A stretch of DNA of 63,414 nt, counting the filler, from Octopus bimaculoides (lineage: Eukaryota): the NCBI RefSeq assembly GCF_001194135.2. It is 8 parts of 7 records of this genome, joined end to end, with 100 filler letters (N's around TTAATTAATTAA, not from the genome) between each part and the next. Parts side by side here need not be neighbours in the genome. Positions count along the whole stretch, not along the records: positions 19,204 to 45,589 come from NC_068988.1; positions 45,690 to 52,226 come from NC_068989.1; positions 52,327 to 55,188 come from NC_068999.1; 5 more parts are not named here. One strand, given 5' to 3'. Below are positions 39,371 to 52,742 of this stretch, one piece after another; the first letter of the stretch is position 1, and each line of letters opens with the position of its first letter. The translations under genes and the position numbers were made by a program. The notes under the pieces were generated by a model, which was given only the letters and a program-made list of their open reading frames with translations, did no database searches and had not been told where the DNA came from.

Positions 39371-39886
39371 ATGTATTGCATCGGTATTGCTATACTAACA
39401 CCGCAAAAAATACCGACTCATCAAGTTTATGTATTAAATCCATTTGCACGATGAACTTGTATTTTCAAGAATATATGCGCTTCGTCGAAGTTCTTCCCAT
39501 GACTTCATTTGCATATTATAGTTATGACAAAAAGCACTAATTCAAATTTACAAATTTATTGGTCAAGAAATAATAGGATGACTGAAGAAAACAAAATGAC
39601 GAAAAATATGAACATATAAATGAGAGATCAAATAGAAGATAAGATATTTTCCTGTCTAGTGAAACTTGCGACTATTTTATCCAGTGTCTGCTCTGATGTT
39701 ATTAAGTAAGCTAGACGCAATATTCCATGTCTACAATGCAAACTGATATTGTTATGTATTATCAAAGGTTAATGGTCAAAATTTTCGCTAACATTCAGTT
39801 AAGTGTGAACTGCAGAGAGAATGATCTATCATGCTCTTCCAAACTTTTTGTCTCACAGAGACATGCGTTATTCTAGATAAAGCATT

Positions 39887-40131
39887 TCGTTGCTATTATG
39901 TTAAACTGTCGTATGTCCAAATTCAGACAAATGCGTTTTTTTTCAAGATTTATTTTTGATTACATTAACAGGTCTTTTTTGGTCAAACTATCGTATCTCC
40001 AGCTGCTTTACATGCCCAAAATTGTCAAAGTGTAGTATAACGGTTTTGCTATGGAATGGAGAAACTAATTTTTCGTTTTTCTGAAAAATCGAACGTTTTG
40101 GACTTACGACACTTTTGCATAATAGCGACGA
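39887..40131. mobile_element. MITE-like element with about 32 bp imperfect TIRs, superfamily unassigned
   Basis: TCGTTGCTATTATGTTAAACTGTCGTATGTCC / GGACTTACGACACTTTTGCATAATAGCGACGA; left TIR repeated near 32885-32912. Confidence 0.7.
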
Positions 40132-41246
40132 GTTATTTCTTTGCTAAAATGTGTTTGTTCTCAAGTAATAAGCCAGAAAATTCTTCGACAGAAAATATAC
40201 TCTGACATAGAACTTGCAGCCAAAATAGTATCTTGCAAACATACTATGACGACCGGGGAAAATGGCAAAATATTGTACAAGCTTTTGTCACTTAAATCCA
40301 ATGTCATACAAATGTCACACTGTGAGATGGCTATCATGTAGCAAGTTGAGGCTGTCATCGTCATCATCAACATCACCATCATCATCATCATACATATTCA
40401 TACATATATGTATATATACTTATATATATACATATAGATATATGTATATACATACACACATATATATACATACATATATGTATATATACTTATATATATA
40501 CATATAGATATATGTATATACATNNNNNNNNNNNNNNNNNNNNNNNNNNNNNNNNNNNNNNNNNNNNNNNNNNNNNNNNNNNNNNNNNNNNNNNNNNNNN
40601 NNNNNNNNNNNNNNNNNNNNNNNNNNNNNNNNNNNNNNNNNNNNNNNNNNNNNNNNNNNNNNNNNNNNNNNNNNNNNNNNNNNNNNNNNNNNNNNNNNNN
40701 NNNNNNNNNNNNNNNNNNNNNNNNNNNNNNNNNNNNNNNNNNNNNNNNNNNNNNNNNNNNNNNNNNNNNNNNNNNNNNNNNNNNNNNNNNNNNNNNNNNN
40801 NNNNNNNNNNNNNNNNNNNNNNNNNNNNNNNNNNNNNNNNNNNNNNNNNNNNNNNNNNNNNNNNNNNNNNNNNNNNNNNNNNNNNNNNNNNNNNNNNNNN
40901 NNNNNNNNNNNNNNNNNNNNNNNNNNNNNNNNNNNNNNNNNNNNNNNNNNNNNNNNNNNNNNNNNNNNNNNNNNNNNNNNNNNNNNNNNNNNNNNNNNNN
41001 NNNNNNNNNNNNNNNNNNNNNNNNNNNNNNNNNNNNNNNNNNNNNNNNNNNNNNNNNNNNNNNNNNNNNNNNNNNNNNNNNNNNNNNNNNNNNNNNNNNN
41101 NNNNNNNNNNNNNNNNNNNNNNNNNNNNNNNNNNNNNNNNNNNNNNNNNNNNNNNNNNNNNNNNNNNNNNNNNNNNNNNNNNNNNNNNNNNNNNNNNNNN
41201 NNNNNNNNNNNNNNNNNNNNNNNNNNNNNNNNNNNNNNNNNNNNNN

Positions 41247-41288
<42 letters not shown>

Positions 41289-41830
41289 CAGAAAGACTGA
41301 GACAACCTACGGACAGACAAACAGACAGACGGACAGACAGAGTGACATACGGACAGACCGACATACAAACAGGCACATATGTAGACAGATAGACAGACAG
41401 ACTGACAAACAGACAGACAGACAGGCAGACAGACAGACAGACAGATAGACAGACAGACAGACAGATAGATTTGTAATGTTTAAGCAATTTGAATCATTAC
41501 GAGGTAAAAATCATGCTCTGTGGTGAATAAGCAGCCCATATCTATGAATTAAAAAGCCAAAACTAATACAATTCTCTTTAAAACAAATGAAATAAGATAA
41601 CAATTCTTTTATCTCCCGAACAGAAGACCTCTCAATGAATCTAGATTAACAGTAAACTTCCTTTAACGTTCTGACCTTACGAACACAATAACGTTTATTT
41701 CAGTTTTGCAATGACCCCGACAGTATATTTCCCTTTTCGTTTCTCTCTTTTTTCCTTTTTGTCAATCTCAAGTCGTTATCATCCTTCATTTTCAAAAACT
41801 CCTTCAAAGATACGGAAAGTGAAAAGCTTA

Positions 41831-41883
<53 letters not shown>

Positions 41884-43056
41884 NNNNNNNNNNNNNNNNN
41901 NNNNNNNNNNNNNNNNNNNNNNNNNNNNNNNNNNNNNNNNNNNNNNNNNNNNNNNNNNNNNNNNNNNNNNNNNNNNNNNNNNNNNNNNNNNNNNNNNNNN
42001 NNNNNNNNNNNNNNNNNNNNNNNNNNNNNNNNNNNNNNNNNNNNNNNNNNNNNNNNNNNNNNNNNNNNNNNNNNNNNNNNNNNNNNNNNNNNNNNNNNNN
42101 NNNNNNNNNNNNNNNNNNNNNNNNNNNNNNNNNNNNNNNNNNNNNNNNNNNNNNNNNNNNNNNNNNNNNNNNNNNNNNNNNNNNNNNNNNNNNNNNNNNN
42201 NNNNNNNNNNNNNNNNNNNNNNNNNNNNNNNNNNNNNNNNNNNNNNNNNNNNNNNNNNNNNNNNNNNNNNNNNNNNNNNNNNNNNNNNNNNNNNNNNNNN
42301 NNNNNNNNNNNNNNNNNNNNNNNNNNNNNNNNNNNNNNNNNNNNNNNNNNNNNNNNNNNNNNNNNNNNNNNNNNNNNNNNNNNNNNNNNNNNNNNNNNNN
42401 NNNNNNNNNNNNNNNNNNNNNNNNNNNNNNNNNNNNNNNNNNNNNNNNNNNNNNNNNNNNNNNNNNNNNNNNNNNNNNNNNNNNNNNNNNNNNNNNNNNN
42501 NNNNNNNNNNNNNNNNNNNNNNNNNNNNNNNNNNNNNNNNNNNNNNNNNNNNNNNNNNNNNNNNNNNNNNNNNNNNNNNNNNNNNNNNNNNNNNNNNNNN
42601 NNNNNNNNNNNNNNNNNNNNNNNNNNNNNNNNNNNNNNNNNATATATATATATATATACATACGATATTTCCAACTCCATTTCGTGCAAAGCAAGATCTT
42701 TCTCGTAAACGTAAGTTTGGTCTTTCTTTTCTGCTAGAGATCTATGTACTCTTCTTCACAGATGTGGAAACGGCTGACGCCTTTTGCCATTGGTGTTCAG
42801 AGAACTTACCACCCACGTTGCTTTTATTCCATAATGCAGTTTTTCGATTAATGTTTTTTTTTTCCATTTTCTGCTACGTTTCGCTATAGTAAGTAACACA
42901 TATCAGAGATGTTAAAAATGAATTGATGCGTGTATATGAAGTGAGGATCAATACCCTTCTTTAAACAGCGTTTGCATTTGACTAAAAACAATAACTCTCC
43001 AGGTTTGAAATTAAAGTAGTTGCAGTTGTTACAACATAATTTTCTTTCTTCTAGAG

Positions 43057-43378
43057 CAGTGACTCTCAACCGGGATCCATATAGGATTTTGGGGTGTCCT
43101 CATAACAAAATATTAAATTGAGGATTCACAATAGTATTTTAAGAATCACAGAAAAAACATTGCCTTAAGTGTATGTATTCGTATATAACAGCAAGGTTAC
43201 TTTCTCTAACATTTTAAATAGTTCAACCTACACAAATAAATGTGAGGAAAACCAAATAGGAATTTTGAAAGGAATTTCTATAAAACTAGTTTTTTAACAT
43301 TGATTTTCTATGGTGGTCCAACAGAATAAAATAGTAATCAAACGGATCCATAGATAAAAAACTGGTTGAGGACCCTTG
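43057..43378. mobile_element. hAT (Buster/Charlie-type) MITE, 322 bp
   Basis: TIRs CAGTGACTCTCAACC / GGTTGAGGACCCTTG; TSD TTCTAGAG / TCCTAGAG. Confidence 0.88.
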
Positions 43379-43953
43379 TCCTAGAGAGAAATGTCTAAAA
43401 AAACATTCCTAACTGTTGAAATGTCATTCACTTTATTGAGTTCATCCGCTCTTTGACAGGCTTCATTTTCGTCCGGTAAAGAAGCTCTTAACTGCAATGT
43501 CTTTTATCTTAGAAGAGTTGGTATCTAAGAAGACTCTAAAGTCTAGACAATATAGATTGTATCTATAATGACTTTATTGCAAATGATTTTACGTTTTTTC
43601 TTTTTATTTTCCTTTTTTGTTTTCGTCGATTTGTTGATTATTTGAAAAATACTTATAGTTTGTTGTTTTAGATTTCTGATTTCTTCATATCTCTTTCATC
43701 TTGCCGTTTTCTCACCTTAGAGAGAAAGTTGATAAGTGTTAAGTAGTTTATGTGAATTACTTGGTAAAATTTGAGTAGATAAATGATTGAATTACTAAGT
43801 AATTTCAAATGATCTGATACAGATTAAGAACAAACTCACTTATTTTCGAGTTAAGCTGTAGCCGATTAAACCGTTATGAATAATTGACTGGAACCTCAGA
43901 GGGATGACAAAAACAATAAATCCCACGTCCCTAAATTAAGCAATTTAAATTTT

Positions 43954-44382
43954 TGGTTTCAAATTTTGGTATATGGCCAGTATCTTTGGAGAGTGGATAA
44001 ATCAACTACATCAACCCCAATGATCAACCGGCACTTATTTTATTGACTCCAAAAGGATGAAAGACAAAGTCGACCTCAGCGGAATTTGAATTCAGAAAGT
44101 AAAGACGGATGAAATGTTGATGAGCATTTTGCCCGGCACGCTAACTATCTCGTCAGTTCGCCGCCTTAACGGTTCCAAATTTTGGCATAAGGCCAGCAAT
44201 TTTGAGGAAAGGATTAAGTCGATTGGATTGACCCCAGTGGTCAACTAGTGCTTATTTTATCGAACCCGAAAGAATGAAATGTAAAGACGACTGCGGTGAA
44301 GTTTGAACATAGAACGTAAAAGCAGACGAAACGCCGCTAAACATTTTGCTCGGCGTGCTAACCATTCTGCAGTTCGCCACCT
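43954..44382 (-). mobile_element. Two tandem SINE family A copies (43954-44168 and 44169-44382)
   Basis: Each ends ..CAGTTCGCC(G/A)CCTT and carries the AAAGTCGACCTC/AAAGACGACTGC core. Confidence 0.9.
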
Positions 44383-44970
44383 TCGGCTACAAAATAATAT
44401 TAATTTGTAATTAATTTGTTGAGAGTGATCATTCGATTAAACTGTACTTCCTAACCACTTTATTTTATCGACTCCAGAAAGATGAAATCTCATGGGATTT
44501 CAACTCAGAGTAAACAAAATAAAACCAATGTAGTTTTACCTTTTATCTCGCCACGATTATATTACGTTAGCGTTCTCCTGTTCCGTTCAATAAGTATATT
44601 AATTCTAAATTACCTATTGCTTTTCATACGGCTGGCGTCTTCGAAATTTTTATTCTCTAAACCAGGAAGTGTGGTGGAGGGAAAACCGTTTTAATACCAG
44701 GGAGAAATTGCAAGGGCATAAGAACTTGTGGGGTGCATCTGTGCTGAACAAATTAATGAATTTTTAATTTTACAAATTCAGAAGTACGCAATATATATTA
44801 AATTACTTTTCTGGTCTGAAGGTTTAAACCAGTTCTTATTTGTTTATTTTTATCTTCATATGAGGCATTTAGACATTTCGTCAGTGGACGTTTTCAGTTT
44901 GAAGGCCTTGCCAAAAAGCACTAAATTTTGTCACTTCCTCACGACAAATAATATTTTTTATTATCTTTTA

Positions 44971-45378
44971 TCTTCTACTTGTTTCAATCATTAGACTGTG
45001 GCCATGCTGGGATAACGCCTTGAAGAATTTCAGTCGAACAAATCGACCCCAGTACCTACTTTCTTTAAAGCCGGGTACTCATCCTATTGGCCACTTTTGC
45101 TGGACTGCTAAGTTACGGGGAGGTATTCATACCAACTCCAGTTGTCAAGCGCCGGTGGGGGACAAACACACACACATACACTCACACACATATATATTTG
45201 TATATTTATATGTATACGATGAGCTTCTTTTGTTTCTGTCTATCAAATTCACTCACAAGGCTTTGGTCGGACCGACGTTAGAGCAGAAGACATTTGCCCA
45301 AGGTGCTACGCAAAGGGACTGAACCCAGTACTATGAGATTAGAAATCAAACTTCTTACCTTACAGCCACCCCTGTATA
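44971..45378 (-). mobile_element. SINE family B, full length
   Basis: GACTGTGGCCATGCTGG..(CA/TA)n..GGGACTGAACCC..CTTCTTACCTTACAGCCAC. Confidence 0.9.
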
Positions 45379-45737
45379 TATATATGTGGGGAGAGGGTGG
45401 GTGGATGTGTGGGTAAATAGTAAGAGATTACTCCAAACGTTTACCGGTTTGCTCTCAGGTAGGTATTCAAAATTGGTTATTCAACAGATAATATATAGGT
45501 TTCCTTGAGTAACTAATATCAACAATAATAATGATTATTACGAAGTAGCACAGCATTACCTTTAATTCTTTATATATATATATATATATNNNNNNNNNNN
45601 NNNNNNNNNNNNNNNNNNNNNNNNNNNNNNNNNTTAATTAATTAANNNNNNNNNNNNNNNNNNNNNNNNNNNNNNNNNNNNNNNNNNNNAAACAAGTTGC
45701 TGTCAATCGATGGTAATAAAAAAGTAAAGAAATATTA

Positions 45738-46625
<888 letters not shown>

Positions 46626-46821
46626 ACAACCAGTGCTGTCTATTGCAGAAGTTCATTTTCTACCTTTCCAACCTTTAACAATGATTAAAATTTACTGCCA
46701 CTTCACTACAATCCATTAGTTGCTATCATATACAGCATCATCATCGCACACACAGCTACAGCCTCACTATATTTTCCAAAGAAATGGTTTTGTACTTCAA
46801 ACTCTCGAAACATTCCTTTAC

Positions 46822-47035
46822 TTGGTTCAGGCATCAGACTGTAGCCATGCTGGAGCATCACCTTAATGAATATTTAGTCGAATGGATCAACCCCAGAACT
46901 TGTTTGATTCTTTAAAGCCTGGTACTAACTCTTTTGGTCTCTTTTGCAAAATAATTATAGTATGATGACATAAACATACCATCACTGGTTCTCAAGTGGC
47001 AATGGGGAACAAACACAGACACAAAGACACCTATG
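46822..47035 (-). mobile_element. SINE family B 3' half
   Basis: GACTGTAGCCATGCTGGAGCA..GATCAACCCCAG..GGGGAACAAACACAGACAC. Confidence 0.8.
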
Positions 47036-47077
47036 TACACACACACACATTCTCATAAATACATATACATATTATCA

Positions 47078-47223
47078 TCATCATCATCGTTGGTTAACGT
47101 CCGTTTTCCATGCTGGCATGGGTTGGATGGTTTGACTGAGGACTGGTGAGCCAGAAAGCTGCATCAGGCTCAATCTGATCTGGCAACGTTTCTACAGCTG
47201 GATGCCCTTCCTGACGCCAACCT
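47078..47223 (-). mobile_element. RTE-type LINE 3' UTR with (GAT)n tail (related remnant about 51125-51290)
   Basis: CATCATCATCGTTGGTTAACGTCCGTTTTCCATGCTGGCATGGG..GGATGCCCTTCC; family assignment from recognition only. Confidence 0.55.
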
Positions 47224-47438
47224 CTATATAGATATATATGCAATTATATATACTGAAAAGAGACTCTGAATCGTCGAACCACATTAAATATTGACGTGGT
47301 TCGATGATTTAGCATCTCCTTTCAGCATATAGGCAGGAATTTTTTTCTATGCCCTTAATTATAATTGTGTTTCTGATTTCACCTTAATAGGTCTGTTTTT
47401 TATATGCTGGCCACCTATATGATTTTAACAAATTTATC

Positions 47439-47477
<39 letters not shown>

Positions 47478-48020
47478 NNNNNNNNNNNNNNNNNNNNNNN
47501 NNNNNNNNNNNNNNNNNNNNNNNNNNNNNNNNNNNNNNNNNNNNNNNNNNNNNNNNNNNNNNNNNNNNNNNNNNNNNNNNNNNNNNNNNNNNNNNNNNNN
47601 NNNNNNNNNNNNNNNNNNNNNNNNNNNNNNNNNNNNNNNNNNNNNNNNNNNNNNNNNNNNNNNNNNNNNNNNNNNNNNNNNNNNNNNNNNNNNNNNNNNN
47701 NNNNNNNNNNNNNNNNNNNNNNNNNNNNNNNNNNNNNNNNNNNNNNNNNNNNNNNNNNNNNNNNNNNNNNNNNNNNNNNNNNNNNNNNNNNNNNNNNNNN
47801 NNNNNNNNNNNNNNNNNNNNNNNNNNNNNNNNNNNNNNNNNNNNNNNNNNNNNNNNNNNNNNNNNNNNNNNNNNNNNNNNNNNNNNNNNNNNNNNNNNNN
47901 NNNNNNNNNNNNNNNNNNNNNNNNNNNNNNNNNNNNNNNNNNNNNNNNNNNNNNNNNNNNNNNNNNNNNNNNNNNNNNNNNNNNNNNNNNNNNNNNNNNN
48001 NNNNATATATATATATATAT

Positions 48021-48184
48021 ATGATGGGCTTCTTTCAGTTTCCATCTACAAAATCTACCCACAAGGCTTTAGTTGTCCTGAGCCTATAGTAGAAAACACA
48101 TGCCAAAGATGCCATTCTGTGGGATCGAATCCAGAATCCATATGGTTCAGAAGCAAATTTCTCACCACGAAGCCATGCCTGCAC
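48021..48184 (-). mobile_element. SINE family B head
   Basis: CTTCTTTCAGTTTCCATCTAC..CTATAGTAGAAAACAC.. Confidence 0.85.
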
Positions 48185-48502
48185 CTATCTGAATAACATA
48201 TTTTTAAAAATCCAAATCTCTTAAACTTGCTTCTCATACTACATCTATTATACTATGATATATTTGGAATAGTTTCCTTATCTTTGTTGTTAAAATCACA
48301 ATCTGTCAGTAGTTGTACCCTAAGGTTTTCTTCAGATGGCTGTTGTATTTTGTAAAGTTCTTAGAATTTCAAACTGAACCTATTATTAAATTCATAGGGT
48401 GAGATTGATTGCGTTGCATCGTGCATACTGAGCTGAATATTAATCCATTAATGCCTAGTGATCAGAAAACAATGGGATTATGTATATTGAGAGTCACAAA
48501 CA

Positions 48503-48670
48503 TTGCTGTGTGGTAAGAAGTTTGCTTCTGAGCCATGTGGTTTTGAGTTCAATTTCATTGCATGCCGTCTTGGGTAAGTGTCTTCTACTATAGCCCTGGG
48601 CCGGGCCAACCAAAGCCAAGTGAGTGGAATTCCTTCAGCAACTTGCTAGAAACTGAAAGAAGCCTGTTGT

Positions 48671-48716
<46 letters not shown>

Positions 48717-48760
48717 ACAGACATGTGTATGCGTATCCTCCCATCACTTGGCAACTGGAG
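48503..48760 (+). mobile_element. SINE family B head plus (CA)n core
   Basis: GCTGTGTGGTAAGAAGTTTGC..GTGTCTTCTACTATAGCC. Confidence 0.85.
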
Positions 48761-48815
48761 GGATAGGAAAATATTAGATTTATAAGCCCTAAAATTCACT
48801 TCATAATTGCCCACA

Positions 48816-49056
48816 GGCATATGGCATAGTGGTTAAAAGCATGGGCTACTAACCCCAAGATTCCGATTTCAATTCCAGGCAGTGACCTGAATAATAATCC
48901 TAATAATAATAATGACATTGAAAACTACCTTAGGAATGAGAACCCTGGTTCGAAATTTCCCCAAGACACCTGATGAAGGCTGGAAGGTATATCAGCCGAA
49001 ATGTTGTGTTAACAACAAACAAGATGAGGGCAAATATCCATTAAATGTAAATAATG
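48816..49056 (+). mobile_element. Composite SINE-like element: tRNA-like head, (AAT)n, hammerhead-bearing tail
   Basis: A box TGGCATAGTGG 48822-32, B-box-like GATTTCAATTCC 48865-76; tail homologous to 57064-57200. Confidence 0.7.
48965..49010 (+). ncRNA. Minimal type I hammerhead ribozyme motif
   Basis: Stem I GACAC/GTGTT, core CTGATGA, stem II GGCTG/CAGCC, GAAA, 1 bp stem III, GUU cleavage triplet. Confidence 0.75.
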
Positions 49057-49486
49057 GTGTTGGTTTGTTTACTTATTTTTACACCCCTAGAATAATTACT
49101 AGACTTAAAAATTAGTACCAGGGTTGACCTATTCTACTAAAACCCTTCAAGGTGGTGCTCCAGCATGGTCGTAGTCCAGTGACTGAAGCAAGTAAAGGAT
49201 GAAAGATGAATACAGAATGATTCAATTTGAAACACTCTCCACATTTTATTAACTTTCCATGATTTCAAACTGTTACATAATCATTGTTTTATGACTTTTT
49301 CAATCACATTGTTTATTTTTCTCGTTATTTAAGTTTAATTAATTGTAGAACGTTAATCAAAATTTATGCATTAATGGGTTAAAGATAATGGAAAGAGACT
49401 ATTATGTGAATGGTTAATGGTTAATGTTTAATGTTTAGTGAGAAGTGTTACAGGTGAGGGATTGAGAAGAAAATATGAAGATGGTA

Positions 49487-49770
49487 CAGGAGTGGCTGTG
49501 TGGTAAGAAGCTTGCTTGACAGCTACATGGTTCTGGGTTCAGTCCCATTGCATGGCACCTTGGGCAAGCATCTTCTACTATAGCCTTGGGCCAACCAAAG
49601 CCTTGTGAGTGGATTTGGTAGATGAAAATTGAAAGAAGTCCGTCGTATGTATGTATTTCATCTTTTCAGGGTCTATAAATTCAGTACCTGTTGTGTACTG
49701 GGGTTGATCTAATCGACTGGTCCTCTCCCCACAAACTTTCGGGTTTTGTGCCTAGAGTAGAAAATAATTA
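49487..49770 (+). mobile_element. SINE family B head fused at a microsatellite to a family A tail
   Basis: ..GAAAGAAGTCCGTCGTATGTATGTAT|TTCATCTTTTCAGGGTCTATAAA.. Confidence 0.8.
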
Positions 49771-49954
49771 TTAAGGATTGGAATATTTTTTTGTTTTTGA
49801 AACAAAGTTCTACTCACACTAACCAATGTACAAATCTTGTACAATCAGTTATCCGTTCTTTCAACTCTAGTTCATCAAATACAGCAAAAGCTATGTTTAA
49901 TTGATGAGATCAGAATAATATTGAAACATGTCAAGAGTTGTTTCTCATATTTCC

Positions 49955-50102
49955 ACAAAAGAAGCTCACTTTGCAGCCATATTGTTTCGATTTCAGTTTT
50001 TTCAGTCCCATTGTGGGGTATTTTGGGTGCCTTCTGCTGTTGCCACAGGCTGACCTATGCCTTGTGAGTAAATCTAGGAGACGTATGCACGTGTGTGTGT
50101 GT

Positions 50103-50184
<82 letters not shown>

Positions 50185-50372
50185 CTACTACTTGACAACT
50201 AGTATTTCTTTTATGTTCCCATAACTTAGCAGTTCAGCAAAAAAGGACCAACAGGATAAGTACCAGACTTTTAAAAGATAGAATAATTACTGGGATCAAT
50301 TCGTTTCAATAAGCTCTTTAAGGCAGTGTGCCCCAGCATGGCTGTAGTCTAATGACTGAAGCACATAAAAGA
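49955..50372 (+). mobile_element. SINE family B, decayed head, long (GT)n core
   Basis: CATAACTTAGCAGTTCAGCAAAA..CCAGCATGGCTGTAGTCTAATGACTGAA. Confidence 0.75.
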
Positions 50373-50394
50373 TAAAACTAACATTGTCTTTTCC

Positions 50395-50535
50395 CTTAAA
50401 TTCCACTGAGGCCGTCTTTGCCTTTCATCCTTTCAGGGTCGATAAAATAAGGTGCAGGTGAACACTAGGGTCTCTGTAAATGGCTGAACCCCTCCCCCAA
50501 AATTACTGGCCTTGTGCCAAAATTTGAAATCAATA
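50395..50535 (+). mobile_element. SINE family A, 5' truncated
   Basis: CTTTGCCTTTCATCCTTTCAGGGTCGATAAAATAAG..GGCCTTGTGCCAAAATTTGAAA. Confidence 0.85.
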
Positions 50536-51351
50536 TTGTCTTTTACTCAACGACTAATTATTTTTAATGAGCTATTTTTTTGTTTTTAATTTTTAATATT
50601 AGATAATAGGCACTAACCTTTATATGAGTAATCTCTAACGAAATACATGTCATGTTTCAATTAATTCCAAAAATAATTAACAATTTGCAAGGATTTCATA
50701 AAATAATTAACCTTTTTATACAAGATGGTAATTAGAATATAGATTTACAATTAAAAGTTGTAGCTTAAAATTACAAAGGAACGTTTTAATATAAATATAT
50801 TTTAAAACAAAAAATGTTTGTATGATATAGTAAGAGGTGGTCCCATGTGGATTGGTTTTGAAAAGTGTTAAGTATTTCAATGCAACTAACATTTGGGAAG
50901 CAACAAAGGTCAAGTGGGAGAAGTGCGGATGGTCACTTTGGGATGTCGCCATCTGTAGTAAGGCCTCTCCTTTGTGAGAAATAATTGGATTTAGCTGTGA
51001 AATGAAAATATAATGGAGAAGAAATAGGAAAATAATGGACATACAGATTTGTTTCCCAGAGAGTTAGACCACCTGCAGTTCTAGTTTGTTTGTTTTTAAT
51101 TTTTTTTACTTTCTTTTTTTACTGGCTTGGCCAGGAGGAAGGAGTTGTGTACTGAGGCAGATTTTTCTATGGCCGGATGCTCTTATCCGTTTCCAAGCAA
51201 AGTAATATTTTCCCATGGCCAAACATGATTAAGTAGAATATCGGAAATAAAAATTGGTCATTTACGACAATCACATGATGTCAAACCAAGGAGACACACA
51301 CGTGCAAATATACACATACACATGCAAATATACACACACACATGCACACAT

Positions 51352-51465
51352 TATATGATGGCCAAAGCTACAGAAGAAGACACTTGCCCACAGTGACACA
51401 CAGTGGGACTGAACCTGATACCTTGTGGTTGGGAAGCAAGCTTTGTGGCTGGCACAAATATACAA
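51352..51465 (-). mobile_element. SINE family B head
   Basis: AGAAGACACTTGCCCA..GTGGGACTGAACC. Confidence 0.75.
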
Positions 51466-51741
51466 AACAAAACCCCAAAATAGCCATGGCTGGAACCCCA
51501 TTGATCCTAGATCTGCTCAGTCAAGGTTAACCTCAGGTTAAGTAACAACAACAACAACAACAATTAAAAACGCTGGTGCCATACTGTTTTTGGTCAATTT
51601 TTCTGCTCAATATCTTTGCTTCGAAATTCCATCCGTTTCTCTACTGCTGTGTATACCATTCTTCTTATTTTTCCCCCAATTTGTTTTTACCGTTTCCAAC
51701 CAAGAAAGGATGTTCTTAGAATATAATATATATATATATAA

Positions 51742-51778
<37 letters not shown>

Positions 51779-52052
51779 GTATAAATATTTTTTTTTCAAT
51801 ACCAACTCCTCTGAATCTTCTTTTCCTTTCAGTGGAGCGCAGTAGATATTCAAAGCTGCAATGGCATCTCTTTTATGCACATGCAAGCATGTTTGAAATG
51901 CATGCATACCTGCTGTCTTGTCTACTTAGATACATGCAATATCTTATGTAAATGTCTCCTTCTACTGCATTTATTGTCATACTCTAATGCAGCACTGACT
52001 AAGCTTAATGTTAGACATAAAACTATTATTGTTGTTGTTGCTGCTGCTGCTG

Positions 52053-52120
<68 letters not shown>

Positions 52121-52614
52121 GTTATTATTTAAAAAATTTTTTTTTTATATATTCAAAATTTTATATTTTTGTAGAGTACACACAAATATATATGTACATG
52201 TGTGTGTGCGTGTGTATATATATATANNNNNNNNNNNNNNNNNNNNNNNNNNNNNNNNNNNNNNNNNNNNTTAATTAATTAANNNNNNNNNNNNNNNNNN
52301 NNNNNNNNNNNNNNNNNNNNNNNNNNGTCCGTCCAACCGTCCGTCTGTCCATTCCAACACCTGCTTTCCTCATCTCGTCAGCACTTTTACACTGCACTCT
52401 TCTATTTCTTCTTCCTTGTCACATCAACTGTCATCGATCCATCACATACAGGTGTGTATATGTGTGTGTATATATGTGGGTAAATACACTTGGATGGCTG
52501 CTGACTAATGCAAAGCAACTGAAAAAAAGCATGAACGTTTATTTCTTCATATGACATGCCTTTATGTGTGTATATGCATGTGTGTGTTTGTGTATACACA
52601 TGCATGTGTGTATG

Positions 52615-52655
<41 letters not shown>

Positions 52656-52696
52656 ATATGTAAATGTACGTGTATGTCAATATATACATACATACA

Positions 52697-52742
<46 letters not shown>

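Noticed and set aside
42660-42888. Apparent exon, 51 nt intron, exon arrangement with GTAAGT donors
   Set aside because: Peptide unrecognised, poly-T inside the putative exon, competing splice-like sites on the opposite strand
47135-47170. CTGAGGA-CTGG-TGAG-CCAGAAAG hammerhead look-alike
   Set aside because: Stems I and III do not form; lies in an RTE 3' UTR
51560-51990. Protein-looking short frames on both strands
   Set aside because: No consistent exon model or homology I can name
52355-52390. Minus-strand CTGACGA-GATGAG-GAAA
   Set aside because: No stem II pairing
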